The notes beneath the pieces are model-generated. The model made no database searches. It was not told the origin of the DNA and worked only from the letters and a program-made list of their open reading frames with translations. Below are positions 1 to 13,062 of a DNA stretch of 64,000 nucleotides, in pieces; position 1 is the first letter of the stretch, and every line of letters starts with the position of its first letter. A program made the position numbers and the translations under genes. The DNA is from Octopus vulgaris (Eukaryota): the NCBI GenBank assembly GCA_951406725.2, contig OX597820.1, forward strand, positions 87,854,001-87,918,000, given 5' to 3'.

Positions 1-125
1 TAGAACCTCATAGCCATTTGATGTATATATATATTAAAAAAATCCTACTGTATTTTTATAATTAAATATTTTTAGTAATTGTATAAAAAAAATTAAAATA
101 TTTTGTAGATTGTAGAAATATAATA

Positions 126-501
126 GGCGCAGGAGTGGCTGTGTGTTAAGTAGCTTGCTAACCAACCACATGGTTCCGGGTTCAGTCCCACTGCGTGGCA
201 TCTTGGGCAAGTTTCTTCTGCTATAGCCCCGGGCAGACCAATGCCTTGTGAGTGGATTTGGTAGACGGAAACTGAAAGAAGCCTGTCGTATATATGTGTT
301 TGTGTGTCTGTGTTTGTCCCCTTAGCATTGCTTGACAACCGATGCTGGTGTGTTTACGTCCCCGTCACTTAGCGGTTCGGCAAAAAGAGACCGATAGAAT
401 AAGTACTGGGCTTACAAAGAATAAGTCCCGGGGTCGATTTGCTCGACTAAAGGCGGTGCTCCAGCATGTCCGCAGTCAAATGACTGAAACAAGTAAAAGA
501 G
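126..501 (+). mobile_element. tRNA-derived SINE family A (CORE-like centre), nested in a hAT-like MITE
   Basis: Head ggcgcaggagtggctgtgt..gggttcagtccc with A/B-box-like motifs, CORE-like cttgggcaagt segment, tail gactgaaacaagtaaaagag; at least 9 further copies in the window. Confidence 0.85.
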
Positions 502-750
502 TATATAAGCAATTTATTGCACATAAATTTTAAAATATCCTATGGACTCCCAAGCGCCATGTGGGCTCCAGTTGAAAATCACTACGTGATTGTTGAACCT
601 GCTAGAAATAGAAACTAATTCTTTTTAATATCGCACAGGCGTCTCAGAAAATGGAGGGAAATATCGGACAAGCACTGTTTGAACAAAGTATGGCATGGTA
701 ATAGAAGGAATGTTTTTAGTCTTGTATGCTGGATTAAGGCTGATCTAAGA

Positions 751-1105
751 CTAAACGATGTTGCAGGAAGCATCAGCTACGACGACAAAGTAAGAAAACA
801 GCACAGCTCCCATGACTTCAGGAAATATTTTTTCACGCTGAGAGTTGCTGAAGCTTGGAACAAACTGCCGGCATCGGTTGTTAGTTGTCGGAGCACTGCA
901 TCCTTCAAAACTTCCATGCTTCCTGAGATTCGCCAACACTACACTTGATTTTCTCCCCTCCATACACACACAAGCATGTATCTAACTCATACATTGTTCG
1001 CTTTCCAGACATTTCTACATTACTGCATGTACTTTATATGCACTTTCTGACAAGTTGTGGTGCACCTGAGCACTGTATACAATAATTTCATTATTATTAT
1101 TATTT
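751..1105 (+). mobile_element. CR1-group LINE 3' fragment
   Basis: ORF end FRKYFFTLRVAEAWNKLPASVVSCRSTASFK matches the CR1-type RT C-terminal motif (FFxxRVxxxWNxLP..FK); followed by a 3' UTR and (TTA)n tail. Confidence 0.8.
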
Positions 1106-1740
1106 TTTTTATAAAAGAAAAAGGCAATTCCTATTATCTCCCTTGCATTGAATAACTGAATCTACTTAGCAACTTCTACTTTAAAGGTTTGAGCTACCCA
1201 ACAAATTCAGCATCATCGTTAACCCATTAAGACACAGTATCCTAAAATAGGACAGCCAGAAAATTATACAATACCAAGTATTTATTTTAATTTCACTTTC
1301 CACTAGTTTCTAACTTACATGGATCAAAATATAATCATTCTTTCATCATTTTTTCTTTCATACTGATTGTTTTTGTTTTTTTTAATTGTAGTATGAAAAT
1401 TAATTTTCATGTATAACTAGTTTAAAACTTGATTTCAATCCTGCAAGCTGAATACAACTTTGATAAAGACTAGCCTTTTCTCAAGCCTGTAAATTAATTT
1501 ACAAATGAACGTCTTGAAATTATCTCCCCCTTTCTTTGAGAGTTACCACCCAGTTGACGGTTGATTTTCTTTTCCTCCTTCAAATTTTTTACCTTTTTCT
1601 TTTCCAGTCGTTGGATTGTAGCAATGAATGAGGCACCGCCTTAAAGCTTCTAATTGAACAATTTGACTTCAATACTTACATTTCAAGTCTGATATTTTTC
1701 TTGCGATCTCATTTGTCGAACAGCTAAGTTACGGGTACAT

Positions 1741-1798
<58 letters not shown>

Positions 1799-2552
1799 GT
1801 GCATGCACTCATGCATATATATATACATATATGCATGTATGTATAAATAGATAGATAGTACTGATCATCACTGGTAACGTCTATATCAATAGTAGTACAA
1901 ACCAGGGTATGGAGTATGCTAGATTTGATAGAGTGCAGATCAGGTAGAACTTAACACATGCTGCAATGATGCAATGCATACACTACCGTGTACCAGGCAA
2001 GGATTGGTCTCTTGGTCATTAGAAATAAATGAGAAAAGAAGAAATAAAAAACAAAAACAAGAATACCTACCATTGATGATGCTGACGAATTTGTGGTCTG
2101 TTTTTTTGATAATGAAGTCAAAATGTAAATATTTTTCTGTCACTTTCAATAATGATGATTCAGTTTTTTTGAACAAATGAATTATTTCCTCATTAAATGT
2201 AATTCTCAGGCAGAAATGAAGTGACAAAGCTGTACCTTTGAATTACATGTGAAATCTAACTGATAGGCTTCTGTGCAGTTCCCATCTAACCAATTTAAAT
2301 AATAAGGCATGGGTTGACTTGAGGCAATGGTTAGAGAAAGAGTTGACCACAATTCCAAGCTCTGGAATCAAATCCAATATCTTATGGTTGTGAAGCAAAC
2401 TAACCATTTGGCCTTACCGTGTCCACACTAAGCAACTACACTAACATGGTTTTACATAGTTAAAGAAGTGATTTTAAATTCTAAAAAGCAGGATAATGCT
2501 AATAATATAACCTGAACAGGATAAGTTACCCCTCTTTTGCAGAAAAAAGTGT

Positions 2553-2632
2553 TGGTGGCCAGATATGGGACCTGAACTCACACCTCCATGATTACGCGTA
2601 GCGGTGCTCTGAACCATTAAGCTAAACTGCCC
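2553..2632 (-). pseudogene. tRNA-like sequence (tRNA pseudogene or SINE head)
   Basis: Minus strand has A-box TAGCTTAATGG, B-box-like GAGTTCAGGTC, a 3' end in ACCA and then T6; acceptor and anticodon stems are imperfect. Confidence 0.6.
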
Positions 2633-2924
2633 ACACCACAAATTCTTCTGCAAATTTAAGATATATAGAAATCTTGCTTTATGAGATGCTAAATTATGTT
2701 AAATTCAAAGAAATCAATAAAGGGTCAACAGTCTGACTCCTTTAACTTACACCATAATATATTTTTGGGATTGAATTCAATGAAGGAGATACATATTAAA
2801 AAGATCTGTCAAATCTTTCTCAAATCACACTGTACACTTTTAAAAATGAAAGACACTCTTGATCAGCGGTTCTCAGCCAGAGTTCATATGATCTCTGGGG
2901 GTCCATATAAGATTATTTGTGGGT

Positions 2925-3208
2925 CCACATCATCATTATTGTTTAACGTCCGTTTTCCATGCTAGCATAGGTTGGACGGTTCGGCCAGGGTCTGGGAAGC
3001 CAGGAGGCTGCACCAGGCTCCAGTCTAATCTGGTAGTGTTTCTACAGCTGGATACCCTTCCTAACGCCAAACACTCTATGAGAATAGTGAGTGATTTTTA
3101 TGTGCCATTGGCTCAGGGATCAGGGGAGGCTGGCAACAGCCACGATCGGGTGGTTTTTTATGTGCCACCGGCACGGAAGCCAGTCAAGGTGGTGCTGGCA
3201 TTGGCCAC
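2925..3208 (-). mobile_element. RTE LINE 3' tail, nested in a hAT-like MITE (about 2864-3445)
   Basis: Reverse complement of the 3' end of the RTE element at 40241-41135. Confidence 0.8.
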
Positions 3209-3699
3209 ATAAGTAAAAAATAGCAATTTGGGGATCCACAGTTGTATGTTAAGGGTCTATGAAAAAAATTTGCTTTAGATGTATTTATTATCAGAAACAG
3301 CTAGATTTCTTTCTCTAATGTTTTACGTAGTTCAACCTACACAAATGAATGTGTGAAAAACAAAATAGGAAATTTGAAAGAAATATCAATAAAATTTGTT
3401 TTTAAACTCCAAGTGGTGATGGGGTCCACCAGAGTAATCACTGCTCTAGATAATGTACTCCCAGATTGCTATAACATATGCCTTGAAAAAATGTATTGAC
3501 AATGATGGTGGTGGTGGCTGCTGCTGCTGTTGTTTCTGTCTAGTACCTATTGATCTCAGAACTGGTATGGTGTGATGCATTATGGCATAACAAGGAGCAC
3601 AACTGAAAACAAGTGCCTTTTAAACTATTGTTAACATAAACATGCAGACACACACACACACTGAATATTTATAATGGGCTTCTGCACAATTTCAGCTGA

Positions 3700-3888
3700 C
3701 AAAGAACAGACAAAGGGATTAAGTTGATTACATTGACCCCAGTGCATGACTGGTACTTAATTTATCGACCCAAAAAGGATGAAAGCCAAAGTTGACCTCG
3801 GCAGAATTTGAACTCAGAATGTAACAGCAGCTGAAATACCGCTAAGCATTTCGCCTGGTGTGCTAACGTTTCTGCCAGCTCGCTGCCA
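3700..3888 (-). mobile_element. tRNA-derived SINE family B
   Basis: Reverse complement of the 11810-12041 element. Confidence 0.8.
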
Positions 3889-4254
3889 TTTTCTTGAGTC
3901 AGCCTGGAATTGTGTCAACTAATTTCACCAGAAACTCTAATGGGATGGAAGACATATAGCTTCTTGTATTCACCCTTTAAGTTCTTCTGGAGTCTGGTTT
4001 GGTACAATACACTTGTTCCTTTAACCAACCCCAAAGAAAGAAAGACTCCTGGCTGGCCACTCATGTGGACCACAAAGCCCCATCCATCTCCCAGAGAAAT
4101 GAGCATTCATCCATTCATGATGAAGAGCTATGTGGCTGCAGGTTAAATTTGCATATCCAAAAAACAAACAAAAATTTTGAGAAAAAAATTACAATTTATA
4201 AATAATTTATAAGTATTTTAAAATAGGGAGTTACTTTTCAATCACCCTGTGTGT

Positions 4255-4597
4255 TGCTGCTGCTGAGACCCCCTTTGGTCATGACTGATCATGGGATTGC
4301 ACCTAGAAAGTTAGCCTCCCAGGCACAAGTCCCGGCAAGGTTGTTTATGGAAGACCAGCTTATTTATGCATACCAGCTTCCCCTCTCCACACCACCAGTG
4401 TTATTCAAGGAAAAGACAAAGGCCGATACAGCTTGGTACTAGTGACGTCGCAATTCATTTCTACAGCTGAGTGAACTGGTGCAAAATGAAATAAGGTGTC
4501 TTGCTCAAGAACTCAACATGCCACCTGGTCCAGGATTTGAACTCACAACCTCACAATCATAAGCTTGACGCTCTAACCACTGAGCCATGTGCCTTCA
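4255..4597 (-). mobile_element. tRNA-derived SINE family C
   Basis: Head gaaggcacatggctcagtggttagagcg..gagttcaaatcc; its 3' body recurs at about 5900-6155. Confidence 0.75.
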
Positions 4598-4837
4598 CCC
4601 TGTGTGTGCATGTGTATGTATATATATATGTGTGTGTGTGTGTGACCGCATGTGTATTGTTGCCGATTTTCTTTCTCCATCTTCCCTTCCTTGGACTTTT
4701 CCCTTTTCTATGTTTATGACGAAGAGCTCTGCTCGAAATGTTAAATCCTCCTTCTTTCTTTCCTTTCCCGAGCATCCAATAACACTATACTTGTTCCATG
4801 TCCTCACGTTGTTTTTTCTCTTTGTTTATGTTTGGAT

Positions 4838-4873
<36 letters not shown>

Positions 4874-5159
4874 TGCATGTGTTACTGTCTCTTTGCCTTG
4901 ACATTGTGTGATAATTGTAAGCAAGTGTCACCATCATGCAATGCAGTTGGTGTCCTTTGTTTCCAATCTTCCATGAAAAAATGTTAGTCATGGGGAAATA
5001 TGACCTTACTTCGAAACAGGTGAGGATTGGCAACAGAAAGGACATAATTGTAGAAAATATGTCTCCACAAATTATGCGCAACCCATACAAGCATGGAAAA
5101 GTGAATGTTCAAACAATAGTCAAGAATGATAAAAATATTGGTCAAGTTAGTAAAATGAA

Positions 5160-5683
5160 ATGAAAACTAGAACTAAATTGTTAGGAAATAAATTTTCTAA
5201 CTATACACAATCAGGGTTTTTAATTTTTTTTTTCTGATTAATAAAAAATATTCAAAATGGTTTAAAACTTTATTCAAATTTTATTTAGTTGTAAAACTCT
5301 AAATAGTAACAAATTTATAACTTGAAGCCAAGCATTGGAAAAATACTGTTTATGAAAATATTTATGATAAAATAGTTAAATATATGCTTTTCCCATGTAT
5401 TCAAACACCATTATTTTTGGCAAGTTCTTTGGATTTTTTCTTTAAGTTTTTAATTTATTTTTAAACATTGTTCCTCTAACTATTGTCCAGCTATTGGAAG
5501 GGACAAACCATACAATATTCACTCATTTTAATGTCTGTTGAGTTTTTTTTTTTGGTTTATTTTTATAAATATATTTTGTTTTTGTTTTTATTCTTTGTCT
5601 GGCTAGTTGGTTGGTTGGTTGGCTGGTTGGTTATAAATTAAAAAAATAAAACAAAACAAAGAATATCCTAATTAAGAAGTATT
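5160..5683 (-). other. probable PKG 3' UTR (extent uncertain)
   Basis: Very AT-rich stretch without interspersed repeats, directly after the stop; several AATAAA on the minus strand (TTTATT on plus near 5269, 5280, 5454, 5587). Confidence 0.5.
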
Positions 5684-5782
5684 TTAAAAGTCTTTGTCCC
5701 AACCAGTGAGATCATCTGGTGGAGGTTCTTCCTCTACATCTGAATATGTATCAAAATTTGATGTGTCTGTCGAAGAAAGCAC
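5684..5782 (-). CDS. PRKG1: PKG last coding exon
   Basis: tctag|[35 protein letters not shown]; 99 nt; typical PKG C-terminus (GWDxDF). Confidence 0.97.
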   Translation of the reverse strand: MLSSTDTSNFDTYSDVEEEPPPDDLTGWDKDF

Positions 5783-6872
5783 CTAGAAAAAATAAAAAGC
5801 AACAACATAAAACAAAAATTTATATTTCACTGCTTCACTTGCCAACCCAACACTTCAAAAACCTCTTTATAGTACCCTGTTGTATGTAGTTGAAGTACCT
5901 TGTAGTAAAAAACAAACCCTTTGGTCATGAATGACCATGGGATTGCACCTAGAAAATTCCCCTCCAAGGCACAAGTCTGGGCAAAGCTGTTAATGGAAGA
6001 CCGGTGGTTGCCCACACATACCAGTTTCCCCTCTCCAAGCAAGCAACCGATGTTATCCAAGCGAAAGGCAAAGGCCGATACAACTTGGCACCAGTGATGT
6101 TGCAACTCAATTCTACAACTGAGTGAACTGGGACAAAGTGAAATAAAGTGTCTGCATAATTATACAACCCTCAATAATACCTATTTGGTTTATATGTATA
6201 TATATATACATACACAGAGAAAAGAATATTTATTGTTAAGCACCAAAACTTATCCAGATATTTTTTCAGCAACCTTAATTACATTTGAGTGAAAGTTGAA
6301 GAAAAATGTCTTGAAAATAAAGTACCTGGTGGGAGAGAGGGAGCAGTGTATCCTCAAAATATGGATCAAACATCAGTGATTAATTTAATCTGTTACCCAG
6401 TAGGTGGTGGTATTAAACTGAGTAATATAGTAAATCAACCACCCATGTAGGCCATAAGTGGATTTGAACTCAAAATGCAAAGAGCAGAGATAAATGCCAC
6501 AAGATATCCAGTCCAATATTCTTACAGTTTGGTCAATCCACTGTTCTGGATGGGTACATTTTTTTGAGCTCTATCTCTGAATTTAAGAAAGGCAAAGTTG
6601 ATCCTGGCAGGATTTTGAACTCAGAACACAGAGAGCTGGAACAAAAACTGTGAGGCTAATGACTGGCCAATTCACTACCTGGGACTGAACCTGGAACGAC
6701 ATGGTTGTACAGTGAACTTCTTAACCACACAGCTATGCCTGCAGCTATGTACCCTCTATTTATATATTCCACAATGCTTCCATCAAACTGAAACTTTATT
6801 TCTGCTCCTTGTAATATTTGTTTCTTAAACTAAGAATATAAAGTTTCTTTGTAGAAAATGTAAAATTGTTAC

Positions 6873-7002
6873 CGTTTGAATAATTGGTGCTTCCATTGTT
6901 CTTCGACATAACCCATCCCAGTTAAAACCTTCAAACCATTTATGCTTCTGGATGTCTTGAATACCACAACGACCAAAGCCAAGTCGTTCTGTAGGATTTT
7001 CT
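6873..7002 (-). CDS. PRKG1: PKG exon, kinase end / AGC tail
   Basis: cgcag|A GAA..., RENPTERLGFGRCGIQDIQKHKWFEGFNWDGLCRRTMEAPIIQT|gtaac; 130 nt. Confidence 0.96.
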
Positions 7003-7240
7003 CTGCGAAAAAATGTAAAAACAACAGTGATCAGTTCAGATGCATTTTCTATTACACATAATTGCAGTTTGTAAATGTGCAAATGTAAAAGCAACAGTAT
7101 TTATTACATGCAATGTGGCACACTATGTAAGCCTGGAAAATATATATCCATGCATTTTATTTTAACCTTTGAGCATTCAAATTACTCTGTCAAGTGTAAT
7201 GCTTATTTATTCACATTGTTTTGAATTTATCATACGTTAT

Positions 7241-7613
7241 AGGCTCAGGAGTGGCTGTGTGGTAAGTAGCTTGCTTACCAACCACATGGTTCCGTGTTCA
7301 GTCCCACTGCATGGCACCTTGGGCAAGTGTCTTCTACTATAGCCTCGGGCCGACCAAAGCCTTGTGAGTGGATTTGGTAGACAGAAACTGAAAGAAACCC
7401 ATCGGGTGTGTGTGTGTGTCTGTTTCTCCCCCTAACATCGCTTGACAACCGATGGTGGTGTGTTCACATCCCTGTAACTTAGCGGTTTGGCAAAAGAGAA
7501 AGCTAGAATAAGTACTGGGCTTACAAAGAATAAGACCTAGGGCCAATTTCTTCGACTAAAAGGTGGTGTTCCAGCATGACCGCAGTCAAATGACAGAAAC
7601 AAGTAAAAAAGAG
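7241..7613 (+). mobile_element. SINE family A
   Basis: Full-length copy similar to 126-501. Confidence 0.85.
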
Positions 7614-7852
7614 TATATCGTAGCTTTGGAATTTTAATGATGTGATTGTTTACTTGTTATGATGTTGTAGGATAGGTGTGAAAGGCCTGACCTGTCCACT
7701 TTGAACATAAAACTGGAAGAATATATTGGGCCTGATATGGCCGGTTTGAACACCAAGGGTTAATATATATTCTTAATGACTTTCAGCTTTTGTATTAAAT
7801 AAAAGATAATTGAAAATATAGAGCTCAATAAAAAGTAAGAATTTTTCTTTAC

Positions 7853-7975
7853 CGACAGAGTTTCTTGATTAGATTCTGGGCACTTCTTGTGATTTTTCGT
7901 GGGAAATCAATGGCATCAATTCCCTTCAAAATCATGTTGTAAGTCTTCATAGGGTCAGCTCCATTGAATGGAGGA
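7853..7975 (-). CDS. PRKG1: PKG exon, kinase C-lobe
   Basis: ttcag|T CCT..., [43 protein letters not shown]|gtaaa; 123 nt. Confidence 0.96.
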
Positions 7976-8718
7976 CTGAAAATATAAAACAAGGAAATAT
8001 TCTTTAAAGGATAATCTTTATTCAACATCAGTATTTTACGTCCACATTGTGATGTTGGCATGGGTTAGATGGCTTTTCTGAGACAGTGTTTTAAAGCTTG
8101 ATGTTCTTCCTGTTACCAACAATTTCAGTCACCTTTATGACATGCAAAAATGAGCTGTACCTGTTCTAAAAGTGGGGCACACATGGAAACACATTACAGA
8201 AAAACCATACATTTTTTATGGATTTCTTTTAAGTTTGAATTTTCAAATGTGGCACAGACATGGATGTACGGCTAAGAAGCTCACTTCTAAACAATGTGGT
8301 TTAGGATTCATTTCCACTGAATGACATTTGGGCAAATGTCTTCTATAGTCCCAGGAGGACCAAAAGCCTTGTGAGGGAGCTCATTCTGTGTGTGTGTGTT
8401 TTTATTACATTTGTGCCTTTCCAAATGTAACTGAGCTACAGGTTGTGATATTGCTGTAAATTTTCATGTTGTCTGCTGGCTTTTGTGCCTTTGAAAATAT
8501 GGACTAAGATATCCTCTACTTGATAAACAGGTAAGGGTTAGCAGCAGGAAGAGCATCTGGCTGTCAAAGCAATGTCTCAATAATATGCTCATTATAACCC
8601 ATATTAGCATGGAAAAATGGGCTTAAAAACAAGCAAATGAATGAAGAAACTTGATTAAACTGATATAATTAATATAACTGGTACAGTTTTAAACGAGACT
8701 GGGAAACAAAATCATGCA

Positions 8719-8719
8719 A

Positions 8720-8754
<35 letters not shown>

Positions 8755-8869
8755 TATGTATACACACACACACACACATATATATATATACACACATACA
8801 CATATATATACACACACACACACATATATATATACACACACACACATATATATACACACACATATATAT

Positions 8870-8919
<50 letters not shown>

Positions 8920-8952
8920 GTATGTATGTATATATGCATATATATATATATA
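8719..8952. repeat. compound (TA)n/(CA)n microsatellite
   Basis: Directly visible. Confidence 0.95.
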
Positions 8953-10267
8953 ATTTTAAAATACTGAACTTAAATTTCTGTTAAGAATAAAAAGTATAAA
9001 ATGTGATTTGACTTTGATTCACTACAAAATTAATTTCTAACATAAGTCCTAGGCCATATATACTTAGAGAGGTTTAAATCAATTATATCAACTCTAGTAT
9101 AATGGATACCCAATATGTTGACCCCACTATCCCAGATGATGGAAGATAAAGTTGACTCGTTATAAAATCCATTCTTATTGAAATGTGGAAAAACTAACTG
9201 CAACAACTTGTGAGAACCCTTTTGTTGCATGGGGTTCAAGGTGACCCCACTAATGCTGGTGCTGTCATAAAGTGCACCTCATATACTTTGTGAAGTAGCT
9301 GCAGAATGAGAGGAGGAAACACAAGGCTTAGAGCAGTGTTTCTTAACTATTTTTTACCTATTGATCCCTTTGATTCTGATCTTACTAGGATAGACCCTCA
9401 CAGCCATTCAATGTTTAAAAATCCTATTATATTTTTATAATTAGATATTATTAGGAATTGCATTAAAAAAATTGTTAAAATATTTTGTGTATCGCAAAAG
9501 TATAAGCAATTTATGGTAAATAAATTTTAACAACAGAATCTTATATGGACCCCCATATGGAACCCGGTTTTGTTTAGTTGATACCACAGCAAAATGTATC
9601 TAATATACTCTGTAAAGTAGTTGGTGATAAGAAGAGCATCCAATCATAGAAACCAAGCTGAAAATGCAGCTTATGAACTATGTTTGGTCTTGTGGCTCAT
9701 CTAGGAAAGCTGTAACACTGAATAAAAGCCAAAATGATCCATGCAACACATGCCTGGATGGAAAATGAATGTAAAATGATGATGAAATTTCAACAGAATG
9801 AAACTGAGAAAGGAAAAATGATTGAAACAAGAAAGATACATGAACTGAAATATTCTGTTTTGGTTTTCAATAGTACTCATATAAATTAACCCCAGTTAGA
9901 CCCTTACTGAGCACATCTGTGATCAAGCATTTTCCAACCTTGGCCATCTAGTCTTTTACAATATTGCATATCTAGAACGTTATTTAATATGTATTTCATT
10001 TTTTAAGATGCTAAAATGTGACTTGAGGATCTGACTGCTATTTCTAGCAGGTCAAGTGACTGTGTAAAGATGTTTTATTTTTATTATTTTTTTTCTTCTT
10101 GTGATCATCACAGTCCAAGGATAGCCCTGGTCAAGCAAATCAATGATCAAAGGTATTTGACACATGACACCAGTGACCAATCTTTTCATACATCAAGGAC
10201 TATATTATATAATATTTCCCTCCAATTTTTTTAAGCTGACATATTTTAAAAAAACATTATTTCCTAC

Positions 10268-10431
10268 CTTCCTGTGAGTAACTCAAACATTAATATTCCC
10301 AATGACCAACAATCTGAAGAGAAATCATGACCTTTGTTGAGGATTATCTCAGGTGCTACATATTCAGGAGTACCACAGAATGTCCACGTTTTATTGCCAT
10401 GACCAATTTTCTTGGCAAAGCCAAAATCAAC
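10268..10431 (-). CDS. PRKG1: PKG exon, DFG/activation loop/APE
   Basis: ttcag|[56 protein letters not shown]|gtagg; 164 nt. Confidence 0.97.
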
Positions 10432-10610
10432 CTGAAATAAGAGCATGTAAATAAATAAATTAAGAAGTTATGGGAATGGAAGATTTAAAATTAAAGGGTT
10501 AAAACTTCTAAAGAGGTTGACCAGTCCGTTGTGATTAACACCTCTCATTTTGCAGTGTATTTATGCTTAGGCAGAAAGAAATTGGCTCCTCCACCTCCTC
10601 CTCCTCCTCC

Positions 10611-10820
10611 TCATCATCATCCCTTAATGTCCATTTTCCATTCTGGTATGGGCTGGATGGTTTGACCAGAGCTGGCAAGCTGGAGAGCTGCACTAAGCTC
10701 CAATCTGATTTGGCTTGGTTCCTACAGTTGGATGCACTTCCTAATGCCATCCACTTTACAGGGTGTACTGGGTGCTTTTAATGTGGCACCGGCACGAGTG
10801 CTTTTATGTAGCACTGGCAC
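10611..10820 (-). mobile_element. RTE LINE 3' tail
   Basis: Similar to the reverse complement of 40940-41135. Confidence 0.7.
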
Positions 10821-11745
10821 AGAGAGCTCTTGCAGGCCAACCCTCTTCATCAGGGGGAGCAGCATTAATACTTCTGCTGTGAAGGATGGGGTACATTTAT
10901 CCATCCATCCATCCATTCTCCACCCACTACTCTTGGGAACATCATGGTGGTAGTGTCCTCAGGCTCCTCCTCAATAGGGTCCTACCAGAAGCAACAGTCA
11001 TTACACTTTCCCGCTGGAACCCCAAGTGCAACCAGCTGAGACTGGATATTATCCAACTTTTTCATTCTTGGTCTACTCTTCGGTCTCCAGTGAATTTTAC
11101 TTGAAGAATCAATCCATCGCGTGATTCTTTCCTGTGATATTGTAATCAAATCTACATAGTCCTGTAGTTATGATCTCTCAATGCATATACAGTGAAAAAA
11201 AAAGATGCTTATTGTTATCACTTTGGGATGGAATCTTTTGGGTAACTATAACTGGATGATAACATTAAGAAGAGAATATGTGGTGAACCGGAAGAATTGC
11301 TAGCATGCTGGGCAAAATGTTTTGCAGCTTTTTGTCCATCTTTACATCTTGAGTTCAAATTCCACTAAGATTGACTTTGCCTTTCATCCTTTCAGGGTGA
11401 ATAAGATAGGTACCAGTTGAACACTGGGGTCAATGTAATTGACTTACCCCTTTCCCTGAAGTTGCTGGCCTTGTGCCAAATTTTGAAACCAATATTAAAA
11501 AGTGAATGTAACAATATTCCAAGCTTGTTAGGTAATTACTAACTTTGACCACAGTAACAGTTTAATAACATTATCTGTAATTATAATAAGCATCTCTCTA
11601 GCTGTCTGTCTGTCTGTCTTTCTTGGGGAGATTGGTCCTAGTTACACCAGGAGAGGAGGGGGAGCTCCACCAAGGCTAAAGTTTTTCAAGACATAATGTT
11701 TGTTTTGGCTGCATCCCATGAATCAGGGTAGTAGGGCAGGCAAAA

Positions 11746-12102
11746 TATATCACGTTGAATGCACCAGTTCTCGTCCTATCACCAAAGTTAAGCAATATTG
11801 AGCTTGTAAAGGCGGTGAGCTGGCAGAAACGTTAGCACGCCGGGCGAAATGCGTAGCCGTATATCGTCTGCCGTTACGTTGCGAGTTCAAATTCCGCCGA
11901 GGTCGACTTTACCTTTCATCCTTTCGGGGTCGATAAATTAAGTACCAGTTATGCACTGGGGTCGATGTAATCGACTTAATCCCTTTGTCTGTCCTTGTTT
12001 GTCCCCTCTATGTTTAGCCCCTTGTGGGCAATAAAGAAATAAATATTGAGCTTAGTGAGTACTTAGATGGATGACCTTGTGGGAAACCTAGGTGCTGTAA
12101 GC
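11746..12102 (+). pseudogene. 5S rRNA pseudogene interrupted by a SINE
   Basis: atcacgttgaatgcaccagttctcgtcctatcaccaaagttaagcaatattgagctt [SINE] agtgagtacttagatggatgaccttgtgggaaacctaggtgctgtaagc aligns by eye to metazoan 5S rRNA. Confidence 0.85.
11810..12041 (+). mobile_element. tRNA-derived SINE family B with 12-bp TSD
   Basis: Head ggcggtgagctggcagaaacgttagcac..gagttcaaattcc; direct repeat aatattgagctt at 11794-11805 and 12042-12053. Confidence 0.88.
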
Positions 12103-12114
12103 ATCTCACACTTA

Positions 12115-12510
12115 GGTACAAGTGTGGCTGTATGGTAAGAAGCTTGCTTCCCAACTACATGGTTCTGGGTTCAGTTCCACTGTGTGGCACATTGGGCAAG
12201 TGTCTTCTACTATAGCCCCAGGTCAGCCAAAGCCTTGCAGGTGGATTTGGTAGATGGAAACTGAAAGAAGCTCGTTGTATATATGTATATATATATATTT
12301 GTGTGTCTGTGTTTTTCCCACCGTCCATCATTTGACAACCGGTGCTGGTATGCTTACATCCCTGTAACTTAGCAGTTCAGCAAAAGAGACCGATAAGTAC
12401 TAGGTTCAGAAAGAATAAAACCTGGGGTTGATTTCTTTGACTAAAACCCTTTAAGGTAGTGCTCCAGCATGGCTGCAGTCAAATGGCTGAAATAAGTAAA
12501 AGAGTAAAAG
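12115..12510 (+). mobile_element. SINE family A
   Basis: Diverged full-length copy. Confidence 0.82.
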
Positions 12511-12601
12511 AAATACCACTAAGCATTTTGCTTGGTATGCTAACAATTCTGCCAGCTTGTTACCTTTCATATGTTTGTAATATTGATAATGCAGAGTATC
12601 A

Positions 12602-12790
<189 letters not shown>

Positions 12791-12922
12791 TTAAATATGT
12801 GTTGTTTTATCAATTTATTTTAACAGATAATCATGCATTTTTAGTAATTCAGTATATATCAGACATAAATATCAGACAATGAGAATAAGTGCTCAACACT
12901 GTATTGGTTGATAAAGACCTTT

Positions 12923-13062
12923 TATTTGTAGATTAAGGCTACCATTGGTTTCAAGTTAAGGAAGCCTTTAACAATAATCAAGCCTATCACATGAAATATT
13001 AGTGTTGATAATTGTCATGGGCTTCTGCAAAATGAAACCAATGGTAGCCTTAATTAACAAAT
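12923..13062. mobile_element. palindromic MITE-like element
   Basis: Arms attaaggctaccattggtttca / tgaaaccaatggtagccttaat; a partial second copy lies at about 30845-30930. Confidence 0.65.

Noticed and set aside
10840-10860. Other CTGANGA heptamers (10846 minus, 16611, 33339, 34018, 42441, 59863)
   Set aside because: None has a stem II plus GAAA plus stem I arrangement; 42441 is simply the Tc1 FSDES codons.
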